From contig CAJFCJ010000007.1 in assembly GCA_904063045.1 (NCBI GenBank), forward strand, positions 4,409,404 through 4,473,403: a stretch of DNA of 64,000 nucleotides, written 5' to 3'. The number at the start of each line of letters is the position of its first letter. Positions within the stretch are counted from its first letter, which is position 1. This document shows, one piece after another, positions 27,101 to 40,019 of the stretch. Origin of the DNA: Dimorphilus gyrociliatus (taxonomy: Eukaryota > Animalia > Annelida). A program made the position numbers and the translations under genes. The notes beneath the pieces were generated by a model. The model was not told the origin of the DNA, did not search any database, and saw only the letters and a program-made list of their open reading frames with translations.

Positions 27101-29552
27101 AGTATTTTCCTCCACTCAACGATTAAAGCGTAAGGAGGTTTCTTCTTCTTTCTTTTTCCATTCGGTTTCTTTTTAGGTTTCTTATTAAAGCCATACTTTT
27201 TCTCTAGTTTAGCTTTATAGATATCTTTTTTCTTGTCCTCGTCATCATCGTCGATGTTGTCGTCGTCGTCATCGTTGTCTACGTCAGCTTCTTCTTCCGA
27301 GGAATTTTCATCACTTCGTATACCTTGCGTAATTCCTTCTTTTTCAGCCACGACCTATAAACATAAAAATATAGTTAGTTTACATAACATTTTAATTTAA
27401 AAAGAAAATATCTAACAGCGCAGGCTTCATAAACTAATTCGGCTACTGAATCTTCTATCTGCTTTAGTTGTTTTAAGGCGATTTCACCTTGAACTTTCTG
27501 ATCTGATACAAAATCAGCAAGAGTTATGCACTCTTTCCGTCTTAAGTTTAAGAGTACAATTGCATTTTCACCAGACCCATATCCTGTCAGCGAACCTGAA
27601 GCTCTCTCGCATAAACTTCTCACGTGTAAAAGACAACCTTGAAGAACTTCATTTGCGCAGAATAGTATTTTGTGCAATACAAGTTTACTACTTCCATGAG
27701 TAGCCCTTTTAACGTTGCTCTTCCATACTTGAAAAGCTTTCCATTTCCTTTGTAATTAAATAACTTTATTAAACTTTTCGATTTGAGATAAAAATACTTT
27801 TACCTGAATTTTACAAAAACTTGAATATTATAGATAAAATGAAAAAGTCTTCTTTCCAATAGCCATAATAAGGCTGGAGTTCTTTCAGAATCGTTACCCG
27901 GTCTAACAAGAGTTATATTGGATGCTGAGCCCGTCCAATAATATTTTGAAGATCTATGTCAATATATGAATATTAAATTATTCCAGACTCTCTCTATATA
28001 TAAGAAGTATATCTCATATATACCTGGCTAAATGTGGAGATACAACTTCTAAATCATAAGGAAAGTAGCGTCCTCTGGGATCATACCTATTTTTTTCCAA
28101 AGCGTAAACAAACGCTCCATCATCATCTTTCGTATCGAGAACTTCCTGTAACACCAATTAATTATTTTCAACTCTACTCAATTAGGAAATTAAAATCATC
28201 TAGAAATGGGATACCCCAAACTTAATAAAAGAGTGTTTATTTATAGGTATTACCTCAATTTTAAGTTTGCTGTCAAATTTCTTACTAGGTTTTTCTGCTG
28301 TTGGATCGTGTGCATCATTCTAAACAACGTAAAAAAAAAGAAAAAAAAGGGAAAAACAAAAAAGGTGTGCAAATGTAACAATAAAAAATAATAAAATAAA
28401 TAATAGAATCACGTGTCACGTGACACGTGATTAGAGGGAAGGAAAATAGTTTAAGATAATATATAAAACAAAAAAAAAACCTCTTCTTCACTATCCGAAT
28501 TAATGAAAACTTTATCAGTTAACTTTTCAAATTTCTTTCTGTAGCCAGGACCGTGTCTTGGTAAATCCGATCTCCAATTTAATCTCTTCCTCATGTTTAA
28601 AATGGCTTTATAAAATTCTTTTTCACTTGGTTCCTTGTCATCATATATATTTGATTTAAGATGTGTTAAAATCTTTGTTGGATCGGGAATTGCTGATGAT
28701 CTCCTTCTTGTTAATGCAATATCATCGGATAATGAACTTAAACTATCCGATTCTAACTCTTGAAGTTGAAAATGAACTTTTTTGATATTTAATCCATCAG
28801 TTTCATCTTCCTCGTTCTTAACACCATTTTCCTCTTTTATTATGTAAAGGTAAAATTCCTTTTTATACTAAACTACTTAAAAAATAATAATATACCTTTA
28901 TCATTCATTTTCTCTGGCGAAATTGAAGGAGTTTTAGTTGGAGAATCGACTTTTCGAAGTTGCTTCCGAAACCTGGTATTGAGTTAAAGATATTTCAATG
29001 CAAATATATTTTTTTCATTTATTAAAAAATTACATTTCTATAGATAAAAATTCGTCGTCTTCAAGATGTTTTTCGCTCTCTTGGCGTCTAACTTTATGTA
29101 ATCGTCCTGCAGTTGCTCCATCAGGTTTAGCGGAGCCAGGAGGATGAGGTAAAGTCTATAAAATTTAATTTTATTCTTTCATACTGTGTTTATTTTTCTA
29201 AAATTCAACAATTAAACAGTAAATGTAAACTTACGAGAACTTGATTGTTCTTTTCTCTCTGTTTAACAACTGCTAGAGCACGACATTGGGATGAAGTACT
29301 ATATAATCTTGATTTAAGGCTTGCAGCTTTAAATTTTGGCTTTTTTGCTATCGGTGCATCCTCTGGATTAAATTCCTTAGTCGATGCTGTTGGCTGTGTA
29401 AAAGGAGTATTTTGAGGAACAAAGGTTGTTTCAGCTTTTTCATTCTTATCTTCAAGTATTTCTCCTAGGTCAGTATCTTGTTTTAAAAATTTGAGCTCTT
29501 TCGAACTACTTTCTCGAGAATTATCAATTAGATGTTGATATTTCGCGCTCAT
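6767..29552 (-). CDS. DNAH14: Axonemal inner-arm dynein heavy chain, DNAH14-like (DNAH6/14 group), many exons
   Basis: P-loops GPAGTGKT (AAA1), GPTGGGKT (AAA2), GDSGVGKT (AAA3), GLDGTGKS (AAA4), plus linker, stalk/MTBD, AAA5, AAA6 and C-terminal [23 protein letters not shown]...[14 protein letters not shown]. Residues [31 protein letters not shown] and N-terminal [10 protein letters not shown]...PYDLEVVS resemble my recollection of DNAH14 more than DNAH6. Start taken at MSAKYQ (29552), less certain. Confidence 0.9.
9438..9463. mobile_element. Two adjacent putative Tc1/mariner excision footprints (TA-CTG-TA in TA context); representative of 11 sites in the window
   Basis: tatactgtata-gata-tatactgtata; TAC(A/T)GTA is the established footprint of Sleeping Beauty-type Tc1/mariner excision. 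No intact element was seen. Confidence 0.4.
9848..10051 (-). CDS. Nested 67-aa RING-HC (C3HC4) micro-protein in a dynein intron, same strand as host
   Basis: C-x2-C-x13-C-x2-H-x2-C-x2-C-x18-C-x2-C spacing, in-frame TAA 9 nt upstream of the ATG, AATAAA shortly after the stop, GC-rich patch about 200-260 bp upstream. Lies in intron 9348-10534. Confidence 0.62.
   Translation of the reverse strand: MDNISENECSICGETMQSLKERVVKCLKHYICNECAQDLVLRSPMHISKGITPCPFCVNEASEEEKS
15119..15170. repeat. (TA)n microsatellite; similar tracts at ~1745-1790, ~5090-5115, ~31065-31090, ~55433-55460, ~60560-60585, ~62950-62985
   Basis: Directly visible dinucleotide runs. Confidence 0.95.
15629..16105 (+). CDS. Nested antisense gene, 158-aa tandem death-domain-like protein in a dynein intron
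   Basis: Open 477-bp ORF inside an otherwise very AT-rich 2.6 kb intron (14526-17113). Internal repeat [17 protein letters not shown] / [17 protein letters not shown]; second half fits the death-domain pattern (IA..L.....LA..LG.....V......L..W....L..A). Acceptor-like TTCAG just before the ATG and AATAAA near 16150. Confidence 0.68.
   Translation: MADLEIELRAVARSLTPLQGFKLCCDLDDKTNKLLDIEVDEKLRKAKTLVEAYNNIPSTSKADRGYYLLLKKCRVYLHLSRRQLLVPEIARYLTIGQCLSVAIDLGMNRDRVEKLLFGWSSLATQKTLNRWWTDNVHISEETRRSRLYAAVMKVCLKK
28407..28432. promoter_or_regulatory. Perfect 26-bp palindrome containing three CACGTG E-boxes (central GTCACGTGAC)
   Basis: AATCACGTGTCACGTGACACGTGATT is its own reverse complement; located in an early dynein intron. 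Confidence 0.5.
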
Positions 29553-30058
29553 CTTGAAATTCGAATAAAACAATCTGAGTGATAGTTGGCACAGATTTGT
29601 TGATTGGCACTTTTTTAGTTACTTGTTAATTTTTAGAGCATAACAAAAAAATTCTTTAATTTTATCAAAACTTTCAATACAAATATGAGTTATTTATATT
29701 CCTGTACTGTTTTATAATAATTCAAGAATAATTCAAAAGGAACGGAATGTTTTGACCCGCCATACTTGCCGACGGATTATTGTGAAAAAATTACAAAAAA
29801 AAAGAGAAAACAAATTAAAAAAATAATAAAATTAAATAGAATCTTACTAAAATGCCCTTAGCAACATATATTATTTTAAAAAATACGAAAATCTGGAGTG
29901 GCATTGTGTATCTATTCCGCTTCGATAGAGAGCAGTACATTTTCGCTGTTTACCACTCTCCGAAATTTTAGTACCTTACGAGAAGGGTTCTGCCAAAGAG
30001 GCAAAAACCGGTTGTTTTTAGCGACATCTATAGGATTTTTAATGGGAAAATTTTGAGC
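29553..30058. promoter_or_regulatory. Head-to-head (bidirectional) promoter region between dynein HC and GALNT2
   Basis: Divergent start codons about 500 bp apart; CCAAT-like ATTGGC near 29603 and RFX-like half site CCCTTAGCAAC at 29855-29865. Confidence 0.5.
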
Positions 30059-31060
30059 ATGAAACTTAAGAGAAATATACGGTTTTTACTATTTCTAACA
30101 TTCTTATGGCTTATTGGGTTACTCTACTATATCTGGTCTCTTCCTGCAGAGGTAAATTTGTTAATACTTACTGATAATAATAGTTTATAAAGCGAATTAC
30201 GAACTGACGAACGCAATATTTTTTGCCTTCAGAAAAACAGCGTGTAAAACCTTAATAAACGTTAATAATAAATTTAAAATACTGCATAACTATCCACTAT
30301 AAAATGCTGGAGAATGAAAGAATGCTTTTAATCAATGTCAAGTAACTATTAAAGATAATTAGTTCCTATTACTTTAATTCTAGTATTGTCCCTTTATATG
30401 ATTGCTATATTAACTTGCTATTTCGCTGTAAATTTTTTATTAGTTATATCAGAATGGTAATCTTTAATGCAAAATGAACCTTGAATAGTCATGTAGGCTA
30501 AAAAATTATTGTTTTATACATAGTAAGCTGATTAAAATTGCTTTAGTCTATTTGATAATGTATTGGAAGATTAATCAATTTTAGCAACCGTTTCTTTAAA
30601 TTATTACAACAGAAAAAGTTACATAAAGGATTATTGTTAAAAAAAGAAGGGGTCGAAGATCATACAAATCAACAAGAACGCTATCAACAACAACATCGCA
30701 CTGCAGGCAGTCTCTACTTCGATGAAAAAAAATATATAGATAAGACTCGTATAAAACCAGGTGAAGATGCTTATGCAAGGAATAAATTTAATCAAGCAGC
30801 TAGTGATGATATTCCAAGTGGTAGAGACATTCCAGATGCTAGAAATTATGAGTAAGTTATTGATCAAATCGTATACTAAATATTAACTTTATTTATTCAA
30901 AGAATATTAAAAATTAATTAAAATCTAAAGATAAATTGAGTAAAAAAAATTGGGGGAGGGAAACAGCGAGCAAACAGATAGGAAGATGGCTTGTTAGTTA
31001 AAAGTGATGGATAGGGGCCGGCAATATTAATACAAATATTTTAATCATCATAGATAGCTT

Positions 31061-31091
<31 letters not shown>

Positions 31092-32799
31092 CTGTATATA
31101 TAAATTTATATACATTGTATATTTATAACTAATTAGGATCAACATATTAGCCGATAAATGCTCCCTAATTTTGCAGGTGTCATAAAGTTAATTATCCCAA
31201 TGATTTACCGAAAACTTCCGTTATCATAACATTCTATAACGAAGCAAGATCAACATTACTTAGGACTGTTGTTAGTGTTATAAATAGAACACCAGAAGAG
31301 ATTTTAGAAGAGATTATACTTGTTGACGATCATAGCGACGATCCAACGGATGGTTTGGAATTAGAAAAAATAAATAAAGTAAAAGTTATTCGTAATGAGA
31401 AAAGACAGGGTCTAATAAGATCGAGAATAGTTGGGGCCGACAAGGCTGTTGCCCCTGTGCTAACTTTTTTAGATAGTCACTGCGAATGCGGTTATCTGTG
31501 GCTGGAACCATTATTATTAAGAATAAAAGAAAATTATAGAGCGGTTGTTTCGCCTATAATTGATATACTAAGCATGGAGAATTTCCAATATTCAGCTGCC
31601 TCTGATATGCTAAAAGGTGGATTTGATTGGAATTTAATTTTTAAATGGGTTTATATGACAGATAAAGAGCGTTTAGAACACGCCAAATCGCCAATTGCAC
31701 CTATAAGAACTCCAATGATTGCTGGAGGCTTATTCTCTATTAGTAAACAGTATTTTATTGAAATAGGAAAATATGATTCTAAGATGGACGTTTGGGGAGG
31801 AGAAAATTTAGGTAATAAACTTGAAAAAGATTATCATCGTTCTATTTTAGATAGTTTTTGTTTTTGTTGATTATAAACTATTTATAATTTATATAGAATA
31901 ATATTTTTCCATAATATTCCGAGACAAATCCCTTTGGTATATAGATTTGCATTGCAGAAATATCGTTCCGTGTCTGGCAATGTCACGGCTCCTTAGAAAT
32001 TATTCCGTGCAGTAGGGTTGGCCATGTGTTTAGGAAGCAGCATCCTTACACTTTCCCTGGAGGAAGTGGTAATGTGTTTGCTCGTAACACAAGGCGAGCA
32101 GCCGAAGTTTGGATGGGCGATTATAAGCGTTTCTATTTTGACGCTGTCCCTTCAGCAAAATTTGTTGATTTTGGAGATGTTGGGGATAGATTAGCTTTAA
32201 AGAATAATCTCAAGTGCAAATCGTTCAAGTGGTACTTGGAAAATGTATACCCAGAATTGGAGTAATTATAAATAGATTTATCCTCTAAGATCAGTTGTCC
32301 TTAATTAATGCATAATTTACTTCGATAGAGTACCGGATAAATCGGAAGATCACTATGGTGCATTTAGACAGAATTTAAATTGCTTAGACACATTATCACG
32401 CGAACAGGGGGAATCAGTTGGGATATTCGGATGTCATAACTCAGGAGGTAATCAAAATTGGGCACTAACAAAAGACAATCAAATCAAACATTCTGAATTT
32501 TGCTTGACAATTGAAAGAGAGACATCAGGATCGATTCTCAAATTATACGAATGTAGTAAAGTTGATTCGAGACAGGTAAAAAAATATGAAATGTTTTTTT
32601 ATTAATATCTCTTTTATATTGATTTAAATTAATAACTTTACAGAAATTTATTGAATACGGTGATCGAATGTTCAAGCATATTTCAAGCAACTTGTGCATA
32701 GATAGCTCATTTTACAAAACCGATAAAGGGGTTGGACTAGAAATATGTGATACTAATAAAATATCACAAAAATGGAGGCATGTACCAAATGTAAATTAA
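30059..32799 (+). CDS. GALNT2: Polypeptide N-acetylgalactosaminyltransferase 2-like (GT27 with ricin lectin domain)
   Basis: N-terminal TM anchor [68 protein letters not shown] (DxH), [38 protein letters not shown], ricin QxW repeats, stop at 32797-32799. Confidence 0.93.
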
Positions 32800-33121
32800 A
32801 GAATAGGATTGTTTTTAACTGTTTTTAGACTATGTTTTTAATTACAAAACATTTATATTATGAACTTTTTGAGCTTTTCCTTTTCTGGTGCTATGTTTCA
32901 TTTTATTTATCGCTAGGCTACTTCTGAAATTTTTTATCTATTTTAAACAGATATACAATACGTCTATCTATATAGAGTTTTTTATTGTTCAAACAAAAAA
33001 AGAGACAAAAAAAAAGATTAAATGATGAGCGTTTCACTAGAATTAAATATATTAATGATTTATTGATTTGTTTTTATCTTCTTTTTTAAATGAAGAAACT
33101 ATAGGAATTATATGCATTGTT

Positions 33122-35707
33122 TTAATAGATATCTGAAATATCGTATTTATTCTGCAATGCCCAATCTTTTAATAATTTTACAATTGTTTCAGCTTGACTA
33201 TTAGTTGAATTTTTCAATATTCTTATGATATCTTTCAACCTTGTTCTGTTTTTAAATATTCATAAAGATTATACATAAAATTATTGAGTAATTTGTAATC
33301 ATTACTTTTTCTCCATACCATATGTTATAAAACGAAAAACACCCATACAGGCTCCTCGTTTACCTTCCCAATATTCAGGACTAGGATCTAGTCTGTCAAG
33401 TATATCAAATGCCTTAGCAGAATAATAAAATTGATCTGTCTTATAACAATCGTTCGCTATCAATCTCAAAAGATTGAATGACTGAACACCAGTTTCAGCT
33501 TTTAAATACAGTTCCCAGGCTAAATAAGCCTTTCCATTCATTATATAAGATCTAGCCAAACAGGACAAATAGGTATATTCCGACCTAAAGTAATAATTTG
33601 TAATAAGAAGAAATACTTCTTCAGCCTTAGCAAACTCTCCAACAGCTGTCAAAGCTTGCGCAAAATTATAGTTAAATGTGTCATCATTATGGAAATAGTT
33701 CTATCAAAATAGAAAAGAGCATTACAATAATAAAACTTTCATGCTGGTTTTAAATTATTACTTTTATCGAATCTAAATAAATTAGGACATCGTTAAAATT
33801 CTCCAATAAGAAGTAATAAGACGCCATACACTGCCTTCCACGTATTGAGTCTAATTAATTTAAATGTTATGTAAATAGAATAATTATACAATTAAGATAA
33901 AAGATGACAACGTACCACGTTCACCTTTAGAATCTCCAACGGATTTAAAGCATTCTTTCGCAAATTCTATATATGATGACTAAAATATGAAAGGCTCTTT
34001 AGATTAATATACGTGTACATATATTGTTAATTACACAATACATTAGAAAGATTTCTTAGTAAGTATTGATTTCAAAAAGAAAGAGTTAGTGAGTGAGTGA
34101 GTGAGTGAGTGAGTGAGTGAGTGAGCGAGCGAAAGAGGAAAAGGAGATTTTAATAATTCTCAAAACACGCTTGATGATAAAACATAAAAGGAAGAGAAAC
34201 ACATATATAATATTGAAGTGATTGTCATCTAAGCGACGAATTACAAATGGGAATTACTTCTAACGTCATCATCTATTATTGAGAGAGTTACGCTGCCGAT
34301 AAAGACTCTCTACTGAAGATCAGAACTGCTGTGAATTTGTATACTCTTTAGACAACTTACGTGCATATCTCCCCTGCTCTATAGTCTGCGTTTATATATT
34401 CTAAACACAAATATACAATTGTTACGTAATTTAATGCAAAAATTATACAAACCGATCTTTCTTCCTGTCCTAAACAAGCGCAAACTGTTCCCTTTAAAAT
34501 ATACTCTTGAATTGTAGAAGGGTTAAATTCTTTTATCAATTTAAAAGCTGCTTGAAGGTCATTCTTTTGTAAATAATAAATAACCAAATTTAATCTAGCT
34601 TCTGGTATAATATTAACAAGTGGTGGAAGAAATCGAAGTATGTCTTGACCCGAGTTGAAAACAACTAAATTATGATTTAGAACATCTAAAAAGTAACTGT
34701 AAGATGACTCAGAATATTTTTCTTTATAAAATTCTAATTCAGTATGAGCACTTTCAACGTGAAATAGTCGAAAGTTGTTACAAGCTTTCAAGTTAATTGC
34801 AACGACACTGTCTGGATAACTTCGAAGATATATATTTAATATTTCCTGTTTACAAAAAGATACGGATAAGCATATATAAAGAAATCTTTTATTTAAGCCT
34901 TTACTTGCGAAATATCATAGTAATCCATCTTGTAATAGCATAATGCTATATAAACGTGTACAGCTAAGTAGTCCCTAAGGAAAACAGAGAAAAAGAATAG
35001 ATTAAAAATTAAGGGTCAATATTGTATAGTATAAAGTAGCGTTAACTAATATATAAAGTATATACACTAAACATCTTTTACATTTATCCAATATAAAGCT
35101 AAAAAGGAAATGTTACTTATGCTCAAATAAAACTCTCTTGTAAATATCAATAGCTTCTTCGTAATGCGAACGTAAATAATGCATTGAAGCCAACGATAAT
35201 TGATCTTCTGTGATATCCTGTAATCTTTGATGATAGACTATTATCTTTTCTTCATCGTCGAACTTTTGCGAAAGGTGAAAGAGCAAACGATTTTTTAAAG
35301 GTGTTTTCGGCCCTTTCTCAATAAATTCCCTCGACTCTTCGTACATTCCCAACATAAAATATGTACATGCCAACCAGATATAGATTTCTGGGTTAGGTCC
35401 ATCATCTTTAAGCGCCTTATGATAAAAGTTCACAGCCTTTTTAAAATCACTCAAATGGAATGCACAATATGCTATCCAAATGCTACGGTCATACAGACTT
35501 ATTTCTGCCGTATTATGCACCTCTAAAAGAGTTATGGCGCCCATAAAATCTCTTTTCTGTATGAATTCTGAGAATGTAGGAAGTTCCTTTCCTTTATCTT
35601 TTCTTTTACATTCTTGAAAGTTTCTTTCAATGGACGGTTTCTTTCTGGAAAGTAACTTTAGATAAGAGCGAATTAGTAACGATCTTTTAAGTATTTAAAC
35701 TAACCAT
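33122..35707 (-). CDS. IFT56: Intraflagellar transport protein 56 (TTC26), TPR protein
   Basis: ATG-only first exon, then LLSRKKP...[97 protein letters not shown], ending [17 protein letters not shown]. Confidence 0.93.
34090..34125. repeat. (TGAG)n microsatellite in IFT56 intron
   Basis: About 9 units; essentially absent at the homologous pseudogene position (~43380). Confidence 0.9.
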
Positions 35708-36259
35708 TTTGTAGACATTTAATACTAAAAAGTATTAAAACTAACGATAAAAAGTAATTATCAATATCGTTCTTAATAACAATAATCAGCGATCGTCTGC
35801 AAAGTGAAATAATTGTTTTCGTATTTTGAAAAGTTAACTTTTTCAAAAGGAAATATCTAAATGATGTGAAAAGATCAATAATTAGACCCATTCTACTTTA
35901 CTTATATAGATTATTTACTTAAATAGTAAATATTCTATTTTTGTATCAAAACATTATTATCTAATTAATATAATATATTAAAGCATATGTACTAAACCGG
36001 ATGCACTTTTCGCTGATTCATGAAAGAGAAAACTGCACATTTACTTACATATTCAATTGATTAAATAGAATTTATTACAAAATTATCATTTAAATTATAC
36101 TTTACGTATTAGCTAGCAGCATATATATATATATTTAGTACATACACTGCAGATTAATAGAAAAGTACTTAATGCGCAAATGAAGGTATCTTGCATTGAT
36201 AGCTGAAACAAATACAAAGTCAAATAAACAGAACAAAAACAAACAAAAGTTGTTTTGTA

Positions 36260-39200
36260 TCAAAATTTGCTTCTCTTTAAGATCGAAAGTACTAGTAAAG
36301 CAACACAAGCTGAACCTATCCTTAAAGGGCATATAAAAGCAGCTATAATTCCGTATGCTTTTCCAAATCCGGTCCACGCTAAATATATCTGCCACCATAC
36401 AATCAGCAAAATGAATACATAACTTTTCCATTTTACTTGTTTCTTTAATGTAAAGACCGCCCATAGTGTTAATGGGGTATTAAACGTCCATAATTGAAAC
36501 AAACCAAAGAATGGTAAGGTTGGAAGCGATATGACACCATGAGAATAAGTAAACGCGCCGTAAAAGCAAACGACACCCCAATGATTTTCAATCAGTTGAC
36601 CAACAAACCAAGGTCCTAAATATATATATAAGGACCAACCAATTAGAACATAGCACAATGTAGCATCAGCTGATAGAATGGACAGTCTCCTAATCCAACT
36701 ATGATCAAAATGAAGCATAATGTTACGTTTTATCGTTTGATGACGCAACATCAGCAGGGGAACAATGAGAAATAACTCAGTAAAAAAGAACAACCATCTA
36801 GCGACTAGTCTATGATCAGCCATAAGGATAAACCTGGCTCTGAAGGGAAAAGGTAATCTCGAATTGTCCAATGAGAAAGGCTGTTCGTGTTTAGAGATAC
36901 GACCTCCACACTGTTTGAAGACAAAAAAAAAATTATATTATGTTTTAATAAAAAAAATTGAATATATAATTTTCTACCTTAACATTTACGCTTATTTTAT
37001 GTATACCAGTTTTGAATTGTTTAGGATCCCAAGGTATTGTATACAATGGACTTGTATTGGTTTTTTTAGCATTGCCTAATTTAAAGCCATCGACAGATAC
37101 AACAACTTGATCGACAGGTACAGGAGAAAATATTAATATTCTGTAAAAAAAAAGAACAAAAGAGAAAGGAATAACAAATTCGTTGGCAGACTGGATAAGA
37201 AAATCGCAATTTAATTTAAATTGATATAAAACCTTATGTGAGTAGAATGTAAAATCTTCTCCGTTGGTTCATACTTCGGTGAATTAAATTGACTATGTTT
37301 CGGATTCGTAATTAATACTAGTGGGAACTCATCGAATAAAGTTTTATCAACAAATGAAAAGAGGCCATTATCAACAGCGAAAATTCGATATGCTCTATTA
37401 TCTTTCCAATCTGCTAATTCTAATTCCATATTACCGTCTATATGACTAGTATACATTTGCGGTAAAAAACCAAGTAGGTTATGCAGATGACCGCATAAAT
37501 AAAAGCCAGCTTTCCTAAGGGATAAAATATTTAATGTAATGAACCACTATATATATATATATATATATAATGTATATATAAAGTATGTATAAAACTAACG
37601 AAATTAGAGATTTCATTTCATGTTTCTTACCAACAACCGTTGATGAAGGAAAATGTCCAAAAAACACAATTGCATCTTTTCTCTTTTCAGCCTCTTTTAT
37701 AAATTTGTCAACTAATTTATAATTTTTCTCATCTAATTGACCAAAGAAGTTAAAAGGTCTCTTCAACCCAATAGTCAGGGCAACATCCAAAGCAATAAGG
37801 GTAACGTTTCCTTGCCTATGGTAGTAGGATTGTAATTTATTCCCTCTAAGTGAATAATTCTTATAATAATTCGTAGAGCTCTTATCTCCACCAACGTTAA
37901 ACGTGTCTAAAGGGAAACATAAAAATAAGAAACGGTTGTAATATTTTCAATAAACATAATCTGTAAAAGATATTTATTTAACTGAATCTTACTTCAGTTA
38001 ACATTAGACATCACTAGGAAAATAAGAACGGCTGTTTACAGTTCATTACTCATTCTGCATCTATCATCCTATTCTAGTTTTTATGTTTTCTACAATAAAT
38101 AATGTTTGTATTGTTATTTCATAAGCTATAAAAAATACATATAAAATATATGTAGTATTGGATAATCAGGATTATATTAATTAGTTATATTAGATTACCG
38201 ACGAATTTTCACTACAAAACATATATTTTATAACAATAGGTTAAGTTTAATTTGTCGAAAGTTAATAATAATTAATAGTATTATAGGCTTAAGGTATTTA
38301 TAGTATCATATATAAAATAGCTTTGTTCTAACTTTTAAAATTATTTTTTAATCAACAAATTGTGTGTATCTGTTAAAAAAAAAGAGAAAAAAACATGAAC
38401 ATCTGTTCTACACTAACATTTTAAAAACATGGAGACATTGACCAAAAATCATTTTAAAGAATTCCGATACAACTTTGACGTATAAAAATAATACTTGAAT
38501 TACATCAGGTGATAAAAAAATCGGATGATCCCTACTCTTTGCTTCCTTCCTTATCAATTCTAGTATATGTAATTCAATCTCTATCTCTATAGCTCTAGAT
38601 ATTTTTAAAGAGTTTCCTCTTTTCACTACTTTCTATATAAATTTGTGTTACTGTTGACCTTTGCTATTTATTTTTTATTATTATAGGTATAAATAAAAAA
38701 CAATGTATTATGTGTAAAATAATTAAGTCTTCAAATACAGGGTACTGTTTGTTTTCGTAATATATACTGTATACATTCATAACAATAGAAAAATAATAAT
38801 AATTAAAAGCTGTTTAATTGTTCAATTTACATGAATTTATCAAATTTAATAGAAAACTAACCATGATTGCCTCGAATATCCAACGTTGTTGTTTTTTTAG
38901 AACAGTAATTTTTAACAATTTTTGTATAGGTCTGCCACTCATCGAGATATTGTTCGGATCCCATATGATCGTCGTGTTTTGCATCAGTTAAATCTCCTAG
39001 AAAATAGTAATTTTCATTTAATATCTATGCTTATAAATCTTAAATTAAATTGTATTTTGTTAAAAAAGAACCTGTAATAATCAGAGTTTGAGGTTGTATA
39101 AAGTCCAAATACTTTGTGCAAAACATTTGCAAGTCGTTTATTCTTTTTTTATCATAAAATCGGCTTATATGTATGTCCGAGAGCTAGAATTAAAGAATAT

Positions 39201-39718
39201 CTATTTAATTAATTAGAAGCTTTAGATTTTTGCGTGAATTTACTATTCTTTTTCAATTATTCGAACGGATACAACAAGCACAATATACATTTTTATGATC
39301 TTTATATAGACACATGTACGAGCTATAAATACTGTAATAACACTTATATATAGGTTTTAAGAGGCAATTTTGAGATACATCATCAGAACATGTAGTGTAT
39401 ATTATAATCAAGAAATATTTAATATTATTTCAGTTTGTCATTGAAAAATAAAAATAGCCTTTAACTAACTTGAACAAACCATTGCAAGCCCTCGGTCGAA
39501 CTATCAAGTAACGGTGGTTTATTTCCATGAAATTTAGCTTGGTGAATCCTTTCACTTGCATCATTCAAGTGCTCCAGAGTATTTGAAGCTAAGTAAATAA
39601 ATAAACTTAACAAAACTGTGAAAATTGCAAAGCTGATACAATTTTTCATTGTTAAGAAAGCAGGTATTTTTTTAGAATCCGAGTTTTTCACATAAGCCAT
39701 ACTAATGGAATAAACCAT
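36260..39718 (-). CDS. TMEM62: TMEM62 (calcineurin-like metallophosphoesterase domain plus C-terminal TM helices)
   Basis: LSDIHISRF, GDLTDAK...EWQTY...LDIRGNHD, GLKRPFNFFG, FFGHFP, YLCGHLH, ELELADWKDNRAYRIFAVDNGLFSF, and a hydrophobic C-terminal exon 36260-36871. Start codon may be 39718 or a downstream ATG. Confidence 0.88.
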
Positions 39719-40019
39719 CTATCTCCATGGTCCGCCTCTCTTGTATCAATTTGTAATTATGTTGTAATATAAGTTTTCGTCAAAACTTATTATTTGGCAA
39801 TAAGATTTCGTCGTCTGCTGTTAGAGGCTGGTTACCAGTCCAATAAACATTTTACGAAAATAAATTTTTTCTATATCAAATTTATTAATTAATAAATTTT
39901 GAGTAATTTGCTTAAATTTAATAAAAAAAGGATTTTAGTAATATTACGAAAAAAATTTAATAAATCAGACAATCATTAGTTTTAAAGCGGGACAGTTTCA
40001 TTTTCAACTGTGGTAAATC
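39719..40019. promoter_or_regulatory. Bidirectional promoter between TMEM62 and CARM1 copy 1
   Basis: About 300 bp between divergent ATGs; a recognisable duplicate is retained upstream of CARM1 copy 2. Confidence 0.55.

Noticed and set aside
36135-36464. 109-aa alternative-frame ORF overlapping the TMEM62 3' end
   Set aside because: Out-of-frame overlap extending into UTR; no domain signal.
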